64,000 nucleotides of DNA from contig JANJGN010000004.1 of assembly GCA_026770705.1 (NCBI GenBank), positions 42,346,001 to 42,410,000 on the forward strand. The letters are read 5' to 3'. The position numbers and the translations under genes are program-made. Below the pieces are notes generated by a model that saw only the letters and a list, made by a program, of their open reading frames with translations, was not told the origin of the DNA and ran no database searches. This document shows positions 11,565 to 24,980 of the stretch, one piece after another (positions within the stretch are counted from its first letter, which is position 1; every line of letters begins with the position of its first letter). The DNA is from Isurus oxyrinchus (taxonomy: Eukaryota).

Positions 11565-13580
11565 TTAGGAACACAGGACCAGGAATAGGCCAGATATTCC
11601 CTCCTCTTATTCTAATAGATCATGGCTGACCTGTACCTCAAATCCATTTACCTGCTTTTGCTCCATATTCCTTGATATCTACACCTAATAAAAAATCTAT
11701 CCCAGTCTTGAAAGTTCCAATTTTCAATTGCAACCACAGCCTTTGGGCACAGAATTACAAATTTTTATGATCCTTCACGTGGGAAGATGTTTCTTGATTT
11801 CTCGCAGAAATAGCCTAGCTCTACTTTTAAGATCATGGCCCCCTATCTTGATTTTCCCAGTTGAGGGACTCCATATCTACCCTATCAAACATTTTTAATA
11901 TTTTAAGCACCACCCCAGTAAACGGCCCAAATTTATCCCTCAGCCACCATTGTTGTTTGTGGGAATTTACTGTGTGCATATTAGCTGCCATGTTTCCTAC
12001 ATTACAACAGTAACAACACTTTAAAAGCTATTTTATTGGTTGTAAAAAACTTTGGGACATCCTGACATCATGAGAGGGTCTACATCAATGAAAGTTCTTT
12101 TTTACTTTCTTCTTTTTCTCCCTCCCTCTCTATTTGGAATATTGGATTGACATTTATAATTTTCCAATCCACAAATCTAGAATGCTTTGGAAAATTATGA
12201 CCAATGCACATGCAATTTCTTCACCTACTTCTTTTATTCCCTGGGGCGAAAACCATCTGGAAATTTACCTATCTTAACTCCCATTATTTTCTCCATTAAC
12301 ATTTACAAAAAATATTTTAAATGCAATAAACTCCTACCTTTGACTTAGTTTTAGGTTCCCTTGTACTGCAGATATTTTATCCTCTTATTGTTCTGTTAAG
12401 ATGGATAGAAAGCATTCAGTTAACAAGTCTATCATTCCCCATAGGCTCACCTGCATCTGTCTTTAATGGACAGATGCATTCTGTTTCCTTTCTCTTACTA
12501 TAGTTATAAAGCTGTTCATCAGCATTGATATTCCTTGCAAGCTTTTTTTCATACTTCCTTTCTGCAATTATTATTTTTTGTATTTTTCTAAGCTGTCCTT
12601 GTCCAATGGATTTCCACTTTATTTAATTTTAGTAAGCTTTTTTTAAAGTTTGATACTCTCTCTGACCTCATTTGTTTCCCACATTGTTCAATTACACAAG
12701 GCTTTTTTTTTTCCTTTTAAGGGTAAGTACTAGGTTTGAATGATGCCAAATATTTCTTAGAATACTTCCCACTGTTAATCAGTAGATTTGCCCATTAACA
12801 GTTCAGCTTTGTTTACTCTGGTCAATTTATTTCTCAGCCCTTTAAAGTTTATCCTACTTAAGTTTAAAACCTTAGTTTATGACTTTCCCCCACCCCCTCA
12901 AACCTAATATAAAATTTGATGATATTCCATTACTCCAATCCTGCCACCGCCCCCTGTCCCACCTTTACTTAAAGTCCTTTCTAAAGCCCTATTAATGCTT
13001 TGTGCTAAAACTTTGATCCCAGGCTGAATCAGGAACAGTCCATTGCAGATTCTTCCTATCCTAGTAATGCTGCCAGTGTACTATGAAATGGACCATAACC
13101 CTCCCCCTTTCTGACACCACTCCTACAGCCATGCAGTGACATTCCAGGTCTATGCAAATTAGCATGTGCTTTGGGTAGTAATTTTGGAGGTAAACAACCT
13201 CTTCATCCTTTCTAATTTAGGTTTTAGCTCCTGATACTCTCTGGGAAGATCTCCCCCTGTTCTTTCCTACATCATTGGTTCTGACATGGAGCACAACAAC
13301 TGGTTTGCCCCCCTCCCCTTTAACTTTCCAGCTGGTCCAAAATATCCCCTACCTGGTCACTGGGTAAGCAACATGACCTTCTGCATTTTCCTTCGTAACT
13401 GCAGAGGATATCCCCTGTATCCTTAATAACCAAATCCCCAATAACTTCAGCCTTTCTATTCTTCTCCTCCTCCCATTTCCACCCCACCTTGGTACTGCTT
13501 CCTTCTCCACGATGCCTCAGTTAATATTCTGGTCATCCCTCTGCAGCCTTCTTCCTTACTGTCAGAGGTAGCAAGCACAT
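11565..13580 (-). mobile_element. Old, internally deleted CR1 LINE
   Basis: 3' tail (taggaacacaggaccaggaataggcc), degenerate ORF2 pieces, and an ORF1 esterase remnant (VIGD..., HVRTNDVG) at ~13230-13450. Confidence 0.65.
11945..12105 (+). mobile_element. SINE 3' portion with L2-like tail
   Basis: gtttgtgggaatttactgtgtgcatattagctgccatgtttcctacattacaacagt...ctttgggacatcctga; second copy at ~16100-16200. Confidence 0.6.
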
Positions 13581-13584
13581 GATA

Positions 13585-13960
13585 CCATGTCCCCTCATGT
13601 GATTCTGTCAAATGAGCAGGGACATGTTTTTAATTTAAAAAATAACGTTTTTATTTTATTTGTATTTGCTTTTGGAAACCTCATCCTGCCTGTGGATGAG
13701 GTTTCCAAAAAAATGCAACGGCCGCTTGACCTTTTTGCCTGCCTGCCAACCATTAGGTTGAAAGGGCAGTGAAAAATTAAAGCCAATTGTTAACTTATGG
13801 TCTTGTTGGTGGGGGCGCTGCCGGCTCTGGCATGTGCCCGCTGACTGAACTATTGTGCGACTGCATGTTGACACCGGCATGCTTGGTGACGTCATCGTGC
13901 ATCATTTCACGCTTGGTTGGGTCGGGTGCAAGCCCACCCACTGAGCTAAAAATTCTGCCC
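13585..13960. mobile_element. Right portion of Harbinger MITE (related to 2565-3266 family)
   Basis: catgtcccctcatgtga...gggacatg and ggaaacctcatcc...ggatgaggtttcc hairpins; terminus AAAATTCTGCCC. Confidence 0.8.
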
Positions 13961-15336
13961 CGAGGTGGATTCAGGATCATTTAAACCCACAATGACAGCT
14001 GCAATTTTTCTTTTTATGTGACTGGTACTTTTTAGATACCTGGGGCAGATTACAGTAACAAGTTCCCATCTAAAGGAGATGACTGATGTGCTAACCTAGA
14101 GAGTTAGCAGCCTATTCACCTTCCAGAATGAGCAGAACAAAGTAATAAGACAAACAAAAACAGGTGCATCTCGATGGTGAACTATCCAGAGTTCTAGATG
14201 TAGCTGACTGTACCCCACCTGGATACAGGCACATTAATCCAATCTGGCCACCCATATCAAACAAAACAGTTTTTAGTCCTTCAACATACAAGTATCGTGC
14301 AGTGTTCCGAATGTATGGTAAATCTTTGACTATTATATTTTTCACCAAAATATTGTGCAAAAGTGGAGGGTATATCTACTCCCGATAATTTGAAGTTATG
14401 TATTTAGCCAAAAATTTGATTTACATTACAATCTGAATTAAGCAATGCAAAGAAAAGAAAGAAGAACTGTCAAAGTCCACAGGGCCAATTTTGCCAGCGT
14501 TGCTAAAGAATGACATATCAGGAAATTTAATTACCTTTGGCATTTCGATAGTAGCAGCTCCTACATAATATGGGACTCCTGTGTGGTGAGGAAGAGGGGT
14601 GGGATGGGAAGTGAATAGTATGGCAACTCTTAAAAGAGGCTGGAATGATAAAGATTGCAACATCAGGTTGGGGGCCAGATAGGTAAGTAATGGACGTTTT
14701 GTTAGACTCACATCCTTGGGATTGCAGACCAGTGTTTGAAAACAATAATGACCTAATGAGGATAGGCAAGATAACACAAGGCCTTCATTCCCTTTCTTGC
14801 ATGGACACCATTCATTTTAGCATTGTTCACCTTCTGAAGTTAATATTTGTTACAAACACCCTTCACACTACTCTGTGGTTAGCCACTAGCTCCAAATATT
14901 GCAATATACGTTAAGATCTTCTCAAATAGCCATTTCTTGCAGAATCTAAAACCCCTTCCTTCATTTTAGCTGTGCGACATCAACAGATCTATGACCTTAG
15001 CTGTCTGATGTCACTTGAAACTCTAATATACTCAGACCCATTACAGGAAAATCTAGATGTATAATGGTTGTGAAAGGCAAGACATTGGAAGGACGATCCC
15101 ATTTATTAGAAAGTTCACCAACTAGGAGGTAGAGGCAGAAAATAGCGATGCTGAAGTGGCACTCTACTCTAGCAGTCGGAGATGGAACAGAGCAGGCAGT
15201 GGGTTAGCGAGACCTGGACAGTTGCTGTGATATCCTTCTAACTAGGTAGGCAGCCAGAAACTTCCACACCATTCTCTATCTCCCTAACCCCAATGGGGTA
15301 ACACTCAATAGTATACAATGCTGTATTTTTCTACAG

Positions 15337-15673
15337 AAGCATCAGAGCGACAAGAGCTAAAGGATGATGAAAAGGAGGAAGATAATGATAATGTTGATGA
15401 ATCAGACGGCAGAAATTTCTCCTTTATAATGATCATAATGAGAATGATGATGAAGAAGAAGAGGATAATTAGAATCAGACAACAGAGAAGTTCCTGGAGA
15501 ATGATTCTGTCCTGTTGTTTCTCTACCCCAGCACTGAAGTCACTTGCTTTGTCACTCCCTAGCAACAATTCAGATACTGTCACCTGGGAGTACATGGAGT
15601 GCAATTTAGATAGTTTTAGTGAGAATGTGGCACTAGATGATTCACAGAGTTTGATGGAGTCAGAGAAGGAAAA
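15337..15673 (+). pseudogene. Candidate decayed acidic (D/E-rich) exon, product unknown
   Basis: ttttctacAG acceptor and GTGAGT donor; acidic peptide ELKDDEKEEDNDNVDES continues in a shifted frame (NDHNENDDEEEEDN*). Confidence 0.3.
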
Positions 15674-16099
15674 GTGAGTTAACAATATACCGCTTTCCCA
15701 CTGGAGACTGAGGAGAATGCTGCCAATGGCTTTACAGTTATAGAATATAGATTTCATTGGTATTCAGCTGAAAAGAAGGATCTTCAAGATACATTACAGC
15801 CATGTGAAGTTTCTGATGTCAGTCTCAGAATATCTTTAGGAGGCTTTCAAAGGCAAGGAGGAAAGTATCAAGGTAGATGCTGAGAAGAGAGCAGAGTACA
15901 TTGGCTGAAAGAAAGGCAGCAAATAGCAGAATGAATGAACGGGGAATGAGAAGTAAGCTGCTGCCAGAACACTAAGGGTATGCTGCATTGCTGGAATTGT
16001 CACCTACCAGGTAAAGCATTAAAGTGAGAACCAGTCTACTCCAGATGAATGAGTCAACCAACACTACTAAAACAGATTGTCAGGTTATATATCTAATTT

Positions 16100-16200
16100 T
16101 CTGTGTGTGGGACCTTGCTGTGCAAATTGGCTGGCATATTGTTCTACATAACAACAGTGACTATATTTCAAAAGTAATTCATTGACCGGGAAGTACTTTT
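16100..16200 (+). mobile_element. SINE 3' fragment
   Basis: gtgggaccttgctgtgcaaattggctg...acaacagtgactatatttcaaaagtaattcattg; similar to 11945-12105. Confidence 0.55.
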
Positions 16201-16439
16201 ATTATTTTAGAAGAAAACAATTTGTGGATCTGCTTGAGAATAATACATTGGCTTTCATAAAATCTGTTTTACATAGATCTAGTAGCTGAATTGGGACATT
16301 TCCAAATTGCTTTATTTCTTATAACAACCAATTCAAATACTTCAATTCAGTTATTAAACCACAAGCAAATACGGCAAATTTACACTGTAGCAGATGCAAT
16401 ATTGTTGTAAAGTTCTTTAAAATCTGAAGAAGGCATAAA

Positions 16440-16603
16440 GGGATAAATCTCGACTTTGTGCAATGGTCCAAAACAGGTGATAATGAGTTGCAGTCTGTTT
16501 TACATCTCTTCCAATTTTTATTTCCATTGAATGAGAGATATAAAAAGAGCTGTGACTCACTCTAGCCCATTTTACACTATTGCACATTTATAAAAACTGT
16601 GCC
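16440..16603. mobile_element. Short palindromic MITE
   Basis: tgtgcaatggtccaaaacagg / cccattttacactattgcaca imperfect inverted repeat; similar to 2337-2508. Confidence 0.45.
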
Positions 16604-18864
16604 AAACAGTGATGTGGTGGCATTATTGTGAATCACTCTTTCCATGCCCCTCCATGTCCAAGGATTTTGCAGAGCAATTTATACATTGAGAAAGTCTCCC
16701 TAACTGGGTACAATCTTTTTTAGTTTACAGATTACAATACGGTCATTGTAATAGAGTTTCTGTTAGTGTATTTGATACAAACGGCAAAATAATCCCAGAG
16801 CTATTTGTTCTGAGCAGAAAGATGTGGTTCAGTGTTTGTTTCTTTGAAGGCTTTCATGAATTCTTAGTGACTGAAATTGTATTTCAACTGATGGCAGTAC
16901 TTCTACAGTGTGTCAAGCAGTAGGTATACAACACGCTTCATCACTTTCCTCTTATAAAATTAATTCTGCTATAGTTGTTGGCACTGCATTAGCATAAAAA
17001 TAATGGAAATAATTGTATATGCTCGCATACTGATTGGAGCCTTGCAAGTTGGAAATTTTGGCCCAGCCTTCACCTTGATCAATAAAATGAATGGTGAAAT
17101 GGTCAGTGTATATCAAAAATTGTGCTTTTACTAGGTAAGGCTCCCTATCAGCAGCATGAACATATATAATTACTCCCTGTATCTAAATTCACAGTGAGAT
17201 ATTTGTAATGAAGAAATAGGTGTAGATTTACTTATAAGTTTTAATAGCAAGACCAATGAATGCATAACATTATTTTATGGTGGATGTGTAACTTAAATGT
17301 AGCATCCCATTGTTGAATGTCAGAGACCAACATTTGATGATCTTAAATAAAAACAGTCTGGGAAATATCAAGCTAGTTCTTAGTAGGTATGAATTCAGAG
17401 CAGGAAACTGTCCAGAATTTGGCTCTGGTTAGCTCCAATGAACAGAGTCTTTTATGGAAGCCATATGGGATTAAATTCTATTTACATCTTGATATGTGAT
17501 ACACAGTTCACATTTATATATCCCTGTGTTTTGTTCCATGATGATGGTGCAGCTTTGTGTATCTGATAATAAGTGCACTAAGGCATATTTGCCTTTGCCA
17601 ATCATGCCGATTTAAAAGGGTTATAAATTACATTTGTCTGTGATTGTAACTCAGAATCATATTTTTAAAAAATTCTATTTAATAGAGAACTAAATTTAAG
17701 TGGAAGAATATAAAGGAGCACTCTTTTTTGGTGGTGGGCAATTTTGCAGTGGTAACCCTGCACTATGGGCTTTTCACTCAGCCATGCAACTTGTTCTGGG
17801 TAGAATGTTGTTAACTGGCAAGAGGGCTGGTGGGGCAGGAGGAGGTGCAGGGCAGTGGTCAGGTGCTGTGCATGTTCAGATGCCAGGGCGGGGATGTTAA
17901 ATCCCCAAAAAATGCCACTTAACCCAACATGATCCCACACACTTTGAGCTTTTACTGGGTACAATCCGAGGATGCAGGAAACCTCCATGAAGGTGGCGGG
18001 TCTGTAATTTAACTAAGTAAAGAATCAATTAATTCTGACTTTAACCCAGCATTCTGGCTTTAACAGCCAGCATACAGGTTTCCCCAAGCCATCTGAAACT
18101 TGTTGGGGCTAACCAGGGAAGAGCACAGTGAGGTGAAACTGCTCAGTACAATTGACATACTGAAAAGCTTTTCAAGAATGAAGCCACACTGCTGCTTCCC
18201 TGCCAGTGTGCTTATGGGACTTCTGAGAATGTGCTTTCACTGCTTTATTGGCAATTTCCAATCTTTTGAAAGTCATTTCACTTCACCTTGGAATTTACTC
18301 ACCTTGATTCAAACCTTTCTGCCAACAGCCATTACTGCAGCCTGGGAGAAGCTTATGGGCAGAATTTTACGTCCTGCAGGCTGGCACATGCCTGACCCAA
18401 TCGGGCATAAAATAACGCGTGGTGATGTTGGGTGAGTGTCCTGAAGTCATTGTGCACTCGTGAGATATTTCAGACAGCGGGCGCGAGAGGGTGCCAGAGC
18501 TGCATGCGCAATTAATTAGGAGGCCACTTAGGTCCATTTAAAAGCCAACTGTTGCTGATTTTTCGTTGCCTGTGTGATTTCGCACTCGCTGCACGGGCAA
18601 AACGGACAGCCGACATTTTCAAAAGTCTCATCCACGGGTGGGATAAAAGGGGTGAGCAGCATTGCCAGTGTCAGTAGTGGGATGTTTGGTACATAGTTTG
18701 CTGCTGGTGAATTATTGGTATTTGGCAGCTTCATTTCTGTTTGGGGCTTCATTCTTAGCATTTCCAGGCTTCATTTCAGGACTCATTGGTGTCTCAAAGG
18801 CCGCCGGTGGATTCAGACCGTGTGGACCCTTCCAGGTATCAGACAGCCCTCCCTTACCCTGCTA

Positions 18865-21800
18865 ATGGGGGTTGTGATCTCTGCTGGAGGCACCTCCTCT
18901 AAGGTGGAAGAGAGGGGCAGAAGGGAGAGGAGGCCAGGAGTCCCAATGCAGCTTCCAGGGGAGGGACCTGTGGAAGGAGAGGTGCAGGCACTAGGGGCAT
19001 AGAGCCAGCAGGAAGTCCAAGGCAGTAGGAGAATGCACAGAAGATGCCATAATCTTGCTGCCAGGGTTTACAGATGGCGATGCAGCTACATCAATATGTC
19101 TGAAGTTCAATGCCGAGGGAGACTTTGCCTCTCAAGGGAGACCGTGACCTCCATTTGTCAGATGATTGGGCCTGAGATCAGTTGCGACTGTGTGGACAGA
19201 CACTGCATGCCAGTGGCTCTGAACATAAGAATATAAGAAATGGGAGCAGGAGTAGGCCATTTGGCCCCTCAAGCCTGCCCCGCCATTCAATAAGATTACG
19301 GTTGATCTGCCCCAGGCCTCAACTCCTCTTTCATTCTAGCTCCTCATAGCCCTCAACTCCCTGAATCTATCAACCTCCCCTCTAAATACTTTCAGTGATC
19401 TAGCCAAAGCTGTACACAGTACTCCAGGTGCGGCCTCAACAATACCCTGTACAGTTGTAATAAGACTTCCCTATTTTTAAACTCCAACCCCCCAGCAATA
19501 CAGGCTAAATTTCCATTTGCCTTCATGCACAAGAATACCCAGATCCTTCTGTGCTGCACTTTTTTGTACTCTCTCCATTTAAATAATAGTCTGCCTCTTG
19601 ATTCTTCCTACCAAAGTGTATGACCTCACACTTTCTTACATTTAACTCCATCTGCCAAGTTTTTGTCCACTCACTCAACCTGTCTTTGTCCCCTACAGAT
19701 TCCTTATGTCCCCATCACAACATGCCCTCCCACCTATTTTTGTATTGTCAGCAAATTTGCATACATTACACTCTGCCCCCTCCTCCAAGTCATTAATGTA
19801 GATATTAAATAATTGAGGTCCTAGGACTGATTCTTGTGGTCCTCCACTAGTTACATATTTCCAACTTGAAAAAGACCTATTAATCCTGACTCTCTGTCTT
19901 CTGTATGTTAACTAATCCTCAATCCGTGCAAATACATTACCCCCAATACCATGAGCTCTTATCTTGTGCAATAACCTTTTATGTAGCATCTTTTCGAATG
20001 CCTTCTGGAAATCCAAATACATTACATCTACTGGTTCCCCTTTATTAACTCTGCTTGTTACATCCTCAAAGAGCTCTAGTAAATTTGTCAAACATGATTT
20101 CCCTTTCAAAAAACCATGTGGATTCTGTTTGATTCCATTAAGCTTTTCTAAATGTCCTGCTATTTCTCCTTTAATAATGGACTCGAGCATTTCCCCAATG
20201 ACAGATGTTAGGCTGACTGGCCTACAGTTTCCTGCTTTTTTTTTCTCCCTCCCTTCTTGAACAGCAGTGTCACATTAGCAGTTTTCCAATCTGCTGGGAC
20301 CCTCCCAGAATCCAGTGGGTTCTGGAATATTTCGACCAATGCGTCCACTTTCTCTGCAGCCACTTCCTTTAAACTCCTTGGATGCAGGCCATTAGATCCT
20401 GGCAATTTGTCTGCCTTTAGTCCCATTAGTTTCTCAAATACTTTGTCTCTTGTGATATAGACTATTGCAAGATCTTTCCTCCCATTAGCTCCTTACTTAT
20501 CTGATATCTTTGGAATGTTTATAGTGTCCTCCACTGTGAAGACCGATACAAAATAGTCATTTAAATTATCTGCCATTTCCCTGTTCCGCATTAACAATTC
20601 TCCAGTCGCATCCTCCAAGGGTCCCATGCTCACTTTAGCTACTCTCCTTCATTTTATATACCCGTAGAAGCTCTTGCTGTTTGTTTTTATATTTCTTGCC
20701 AATTTACTTTCATAATCAATTTTCTCATACTTAATTAGCTTTTTAGTTATCCACTGCTGGTTCCTAAAAAAAAATCCCAATCCTCTGGCCCACCACCAGT
20801 TTTCGCCACTTTGTATGCCTTAGTTTTTGATTGGATACTCTCTATGACCATGTTTGTTAACCATGGCTGGTTCATCCTTCTCATTGAGTCCTTCTTTTTG
20901 ACTGGGATAATTTTTTGCTGAGCATCATGAAATATCTGCTTAAATGTCTGCCACTGCTCACCCACTGACCTTCCCCTTAGTCTATTTTCCCAGCCCACTT
21001 TAGACAACTCTTTCTTCATACTTCTGTAATTGCCCTTATTTAAGTTGAGGACACTGGTTTGAGATCTGAGTTGCTCGCCCTCAAACTGATTTTGAAATTC
21101 TACCATGTTGTGGTCACTTGCTCCTAGAGGATTCTTAACTATGATTTCTCTTATTAATCCTACCTCATTACACATTACTAGATCCAAAATAGCCTGTTCC
21201 CGGGTAGGTTCTGCAACGTATTGCTATAAGAAACAATCCCTGATGTACTCTACAAATTCATCTTCCATGTTACCCCTGCCAATCTGATTTGTCCAGTCAA
21301 TACGCAGATTAAAATCACCCATGACAATTGTAGCACCCTTTTTACACACCTCCATTATTTCCTGATTTATACTTTGTCTTACAGTGAGGCAACTTTTTGG
21401 GGGCCTATAGGCGACTCCTACCCGTGATTTCTTCCAATTACTATTCCTTACTTCCACCTAAACTGATTCCACATCACAATCTATTGCATCTATATCATTA
21501 CTCATCACCCCACTGATACCTTCCTTTATTAACAAAGCTACCCCACCTCCTTTTCCTTTTTGCCTATTTTTCCGGAACGTCAAATACCCTTGAATATTGA
21601 GTTCCCAATCTTGGTCACCCTGCAACCACGTCTCTGTAATAGCTATCAAGTCTATCCATTTATTTCTATTTGTGCTGTCAACTCATCTATATTGTTACAA
21701 ATGTTGTGTGCATTCGGATAAAGAGCCTTAAGCTTTGACCTTTTACCATTATTACTCATTCTGATCACAGTGGCCCTCAGCTTCTATGCCTCCAGCTCTT

Positions 21801-22618
21801 TCCAGGGATCAGTGGGGGAACTGTGTGGAGTCCCCCAATAAGCTGTCCATAGTTGCGTCAAGCTGGCGACAGAAGCTCTGTTCAGGTGGGTACTGACCAT
21901 TATTCTTTATCATATGGGTGAGGCCAGCCAGGCTGATTGAGCCAGAGGCTTAGCAGCATTTTCTGGGCTCCCCCACATCCAGGGAGCAATTGACTGCACA
22001 CATGTGGCTATCAAGGCGCCAGCGGATGAGCCCAGTGCCTTCGTCATCAGGAAGGGCTTCCACTCCATGAACGTGCAGATAGTGTGTGACCACAGGATGC
22101 AGGCTCTGCAAGTCTGTGCAAGGTATGCTGGCAGCTCCCATGGTGAGCCAGCCCCAGGTGCCGAGGCTCTTCAGTGCTCCAGCCCGATGGATGGATGGCT
22201 GCTGGGTGACAAGGGCAATCCGTTGAATAGGTGGTTCTTTCTGCCACCCAAGAATAGAGGGAGAGAAGCGTTATAAATCATGTCTCCACAAGGGCAGTGG
22301 TAGAGAGGACCATAGGTCTTCTCAAGATACACTTCTGGTGATTGGACCATTCAGGGGGTGCACTACAGTAACCCCCCAGAGCGGGTGTCACCGATAGTGG
22401 TTGCATGCTGTGCTCTCCACAATCTGGCACTGTCAAGGGGGGACCCACTGGAGGAAGAGGATGTTGATGCAGCTGCACAGGCCGCAGATGATGAGTCCAG
22501 TAGTGAGTCAGAAGGGGAGCTCAGTGAGGAGAACGCTGAGGCTGTGGAGGCAGACCTCAGTAAGTTGCAGGGAGGCAGGGACAGCAGGGACACCTTGATC
22601 CAATTCACCTTCAGCTAG
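18865..22618 (+). pseudogene. Harbinger DDE transposase pseudogene (split by CR1 at ~19222-21762)
   Basis: MGVVISAGGTSS..., PVAL|TVAL.FYA, GAIDCTH, RKGFHSMNVQIVCD, LLGDKG, VVERTIGLLK, VACCALHN; frameshifts present. Confidence 0.92.
19222..21762 (-). mobile_element. CR1 LINE, 5'-truncated at about the ORF2 start
   Basis: APE motifs IAITETWL, GGGVALL, VMGDFN, SDHNMV; RT motifs DWKTANV, YLDFQKAF; (ttcttatg)-like tail at ~19222-19240. Confidence 0.95.
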
Positions 22619-22959
22619 GTTACCAAAGATCTGCCTCAACCACATGCCAGGGCTGCAGCCTCCATCCCGAATGTTTGAAATGACCCTTTCATTTGAATCC
22701 AAAGTCCACTCAGTGCCTGTGCAATAAAGTTTAGAGCCAATCACGACCAGCATTATATACTGGTGTGCACTCCACCAATAAAATAAAAAGGTGAAGCATA
22801 TTCAGGCCATGGCGACAAAAACAAAATTTATCTTCTTTTGACAATCCAAAAAAATTTACATAACCTTCTCTGGTCTTCATTCACAGACCAATAAAGATAA
22901 ACCAAACATAAATGAACAGAAAGTCACCCATGAATTGTCCCTCTTGTGCTCATGGTGCC

Positions 22960-23850
22960 TTTAGCTTACGTTTCCAAGTGCTACGTCTTGGTGCCCTCCC
23001 CTCGCTGGCACAGGCATTGGAGACAGCCGGCTGACCCTGCTATCCTGTTGGCCTTGGTGACCTTGGTGGTCTTCCTCTGGCCAGTGGAGCCTGTGCTGAC
23101 CCTGCCTGGGAGGGAGGCGAGTGCCACAGCTGGCATCTCCCCAGTCATCGCAGCTTCATCAGATGCCACGGCCACTGGCAGAGGAGCAGCTGCCATCACT
23201 CAGAGTGCCCTGAGAGAAGCCCGCAGAGATGACAAGCAGTTTGAGCGCCAACATGAGGTTATTCTGGACCTCCTCGCTCACCATCGATCAACAGGGACCT
23301 AGCTGGGTTACTGGATGCCTTATCCATCTCCCACACTGACACAGAACACCTGTGGGCAATGCCTGTGTGAGGGCTTGCAGGTCCGAGTGCAACCCCAGGA
23401 ACCCCTAATTCTGTCCCTGGATTTGTCTCTCCTTGAGAGTTGCCACTCTCTCGATGGAGGAGGCAGTGCACTCAGTCATGAGGGTCAACACAGTCCTCAC
23501 GCTCCTCTACAATGGAGAACATGGCATGCATACCCTCATGGATCTCCGCCAGATTGTCCTGCAGATCTCACTGGACATCCAGCATCTGCCACCTAATGGA
23601 TACCTCCAGAGGCTCATCATCTGCCTTCAACTGAGCATCGTCCTGGTCCCCATCAGTCCTCCAACTGCCGGCACCCTGGGCACTCCCTGCTTCTGCTGGC
23701 ACCCCAAACGAGTGTGAAGTGCCCTTCACCAATGTACACCAACATTCTAGTTACCAATCTAATGCCCACCGAGGTGCCGGTATCTGCACTGGTGCCTGTC
23801 AGAGAGTGAGTGTGACGTAGGTGCAAGTGAAGCCGGTTGTCCTCCAGCAT
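22960..23850 (-). pseudogene. Last exon of Harbinger Myb/SANT accessory gene (Myb-domain exons deleted)
   Basis: Homologous to 33279-34090 and 60385-61303 (GTSADTGTSVGIR...). Confidence 0.75.
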
Positions 23851-24980
23851 CAGGGGTACTTGACTCCATCATTTGAGTTTGCTAACGCACAACAGATATT
23901 CTTCCGTGGCAGCCTTCCAGGGGCTGCCTGGGCCATTTTTAAACCGGCTGCCGGGTCGCCATTGGACCCGGAGGATGACAGGCGCCCTCCCTTGCTCGGC
24001 CCTTCTCGACCAGTAACGAACCACATTTCATGCTGAGTGGGCCTTAATTGGCCTGCCAGCATGAAATCGCGGTCAGGGGCCAATTGTGGGCGGCGGATGC
24101 TTTCCCAGCTGCTCCAGGGTCTGCCCACTGAACCCATCTGCCGACATCAAAATCCTGCCCTATGTAGCTCTATCTTTGACCTCTGATGAGGAACAGGAGG
24201 AGCAACAGTACCAACACCAGAAGCACCACTGCATTGCAGTATTCTACAAATATCTCTACAAAGAAAAGAGAGGTGCAAATTCTGAAAGGTGATGATTGCG
24301 AGTTAGTAAAGGATCAGAAATTGGCAGAGAAACTTAACAAGTACTTAAAAAGACTGTTCATGAAGGAGAAGGATATTGAAGAGAATTGGTTAAAAATTGG
24401 TTAAAAGCAAGGAGAGAGATATAATAAATGAATTGTTACAATTATGTTAGAGACTATTAACATTTAAAGAAGAAATCCGAACACCCAGTAATTAACTGAA
24501 GTACGACACAAGATTTTATGTTTTTAACAAAAATAAACTTATTGTATATATAAACAGAAATTAAACAAAGCAAGTACTATTAACTTAATTCTAAAGCTTC
24601 TACAGACTTATGCTAGAAACTCAGTTCTACTTTATACTCCCTCCCCCAATGATTTACTTATCTTAAGAAATCTTGAAGGTTCATTCACTCCCCCTGGGAC
24701 CAACGCAAAAGGTACAGCACAGCCCTCCAAAATTTACTTCAATTCTTCTTAGTGTTCCAGCTATTCCTCAAGGTACCAATGACATGGAGATCCTTCCATT
24801 AGTTTTTGGCTAAGTGATCCTCCAGTCTTCTATAAAGACCTCATAGCTATGGACTCTTCAGCTCCTTTCCTGGCTTTGGGCATATTTAGACTATTTTTTC
24901 CAATCTTCTCCCACTTTTGTATAGCTTTTTCTAAGTTAAATATTCAAGCTGACTGCTTTCTGCCACAAGGCTGTGTGAGG

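Larger units (their letters stand above)
18357..24160 (+). mobile_element. Harbinger element A (transposase + convergent Myb-gene remnant), interrupted by CR1
   Basis: TIRs GGGCAGAATTTT / AAAATCCTGCCC; perfect TAT TSD at 18354-18356 and 24161-24163. Confidence 0.93.

Noticed and set aside
14280-14400. piggyBac transposase remnant (YRAVFRMY...LCKSGGYIY)
   Set aside because: Superficial resemblance only; no catalytic D motifs and no TTAA-flanked TIRs found.
15305-15757. 150-aa hydrophobic minus-strand ORF
   Set aside because: Antisense shadow of a GAT/GAA-rich tract.
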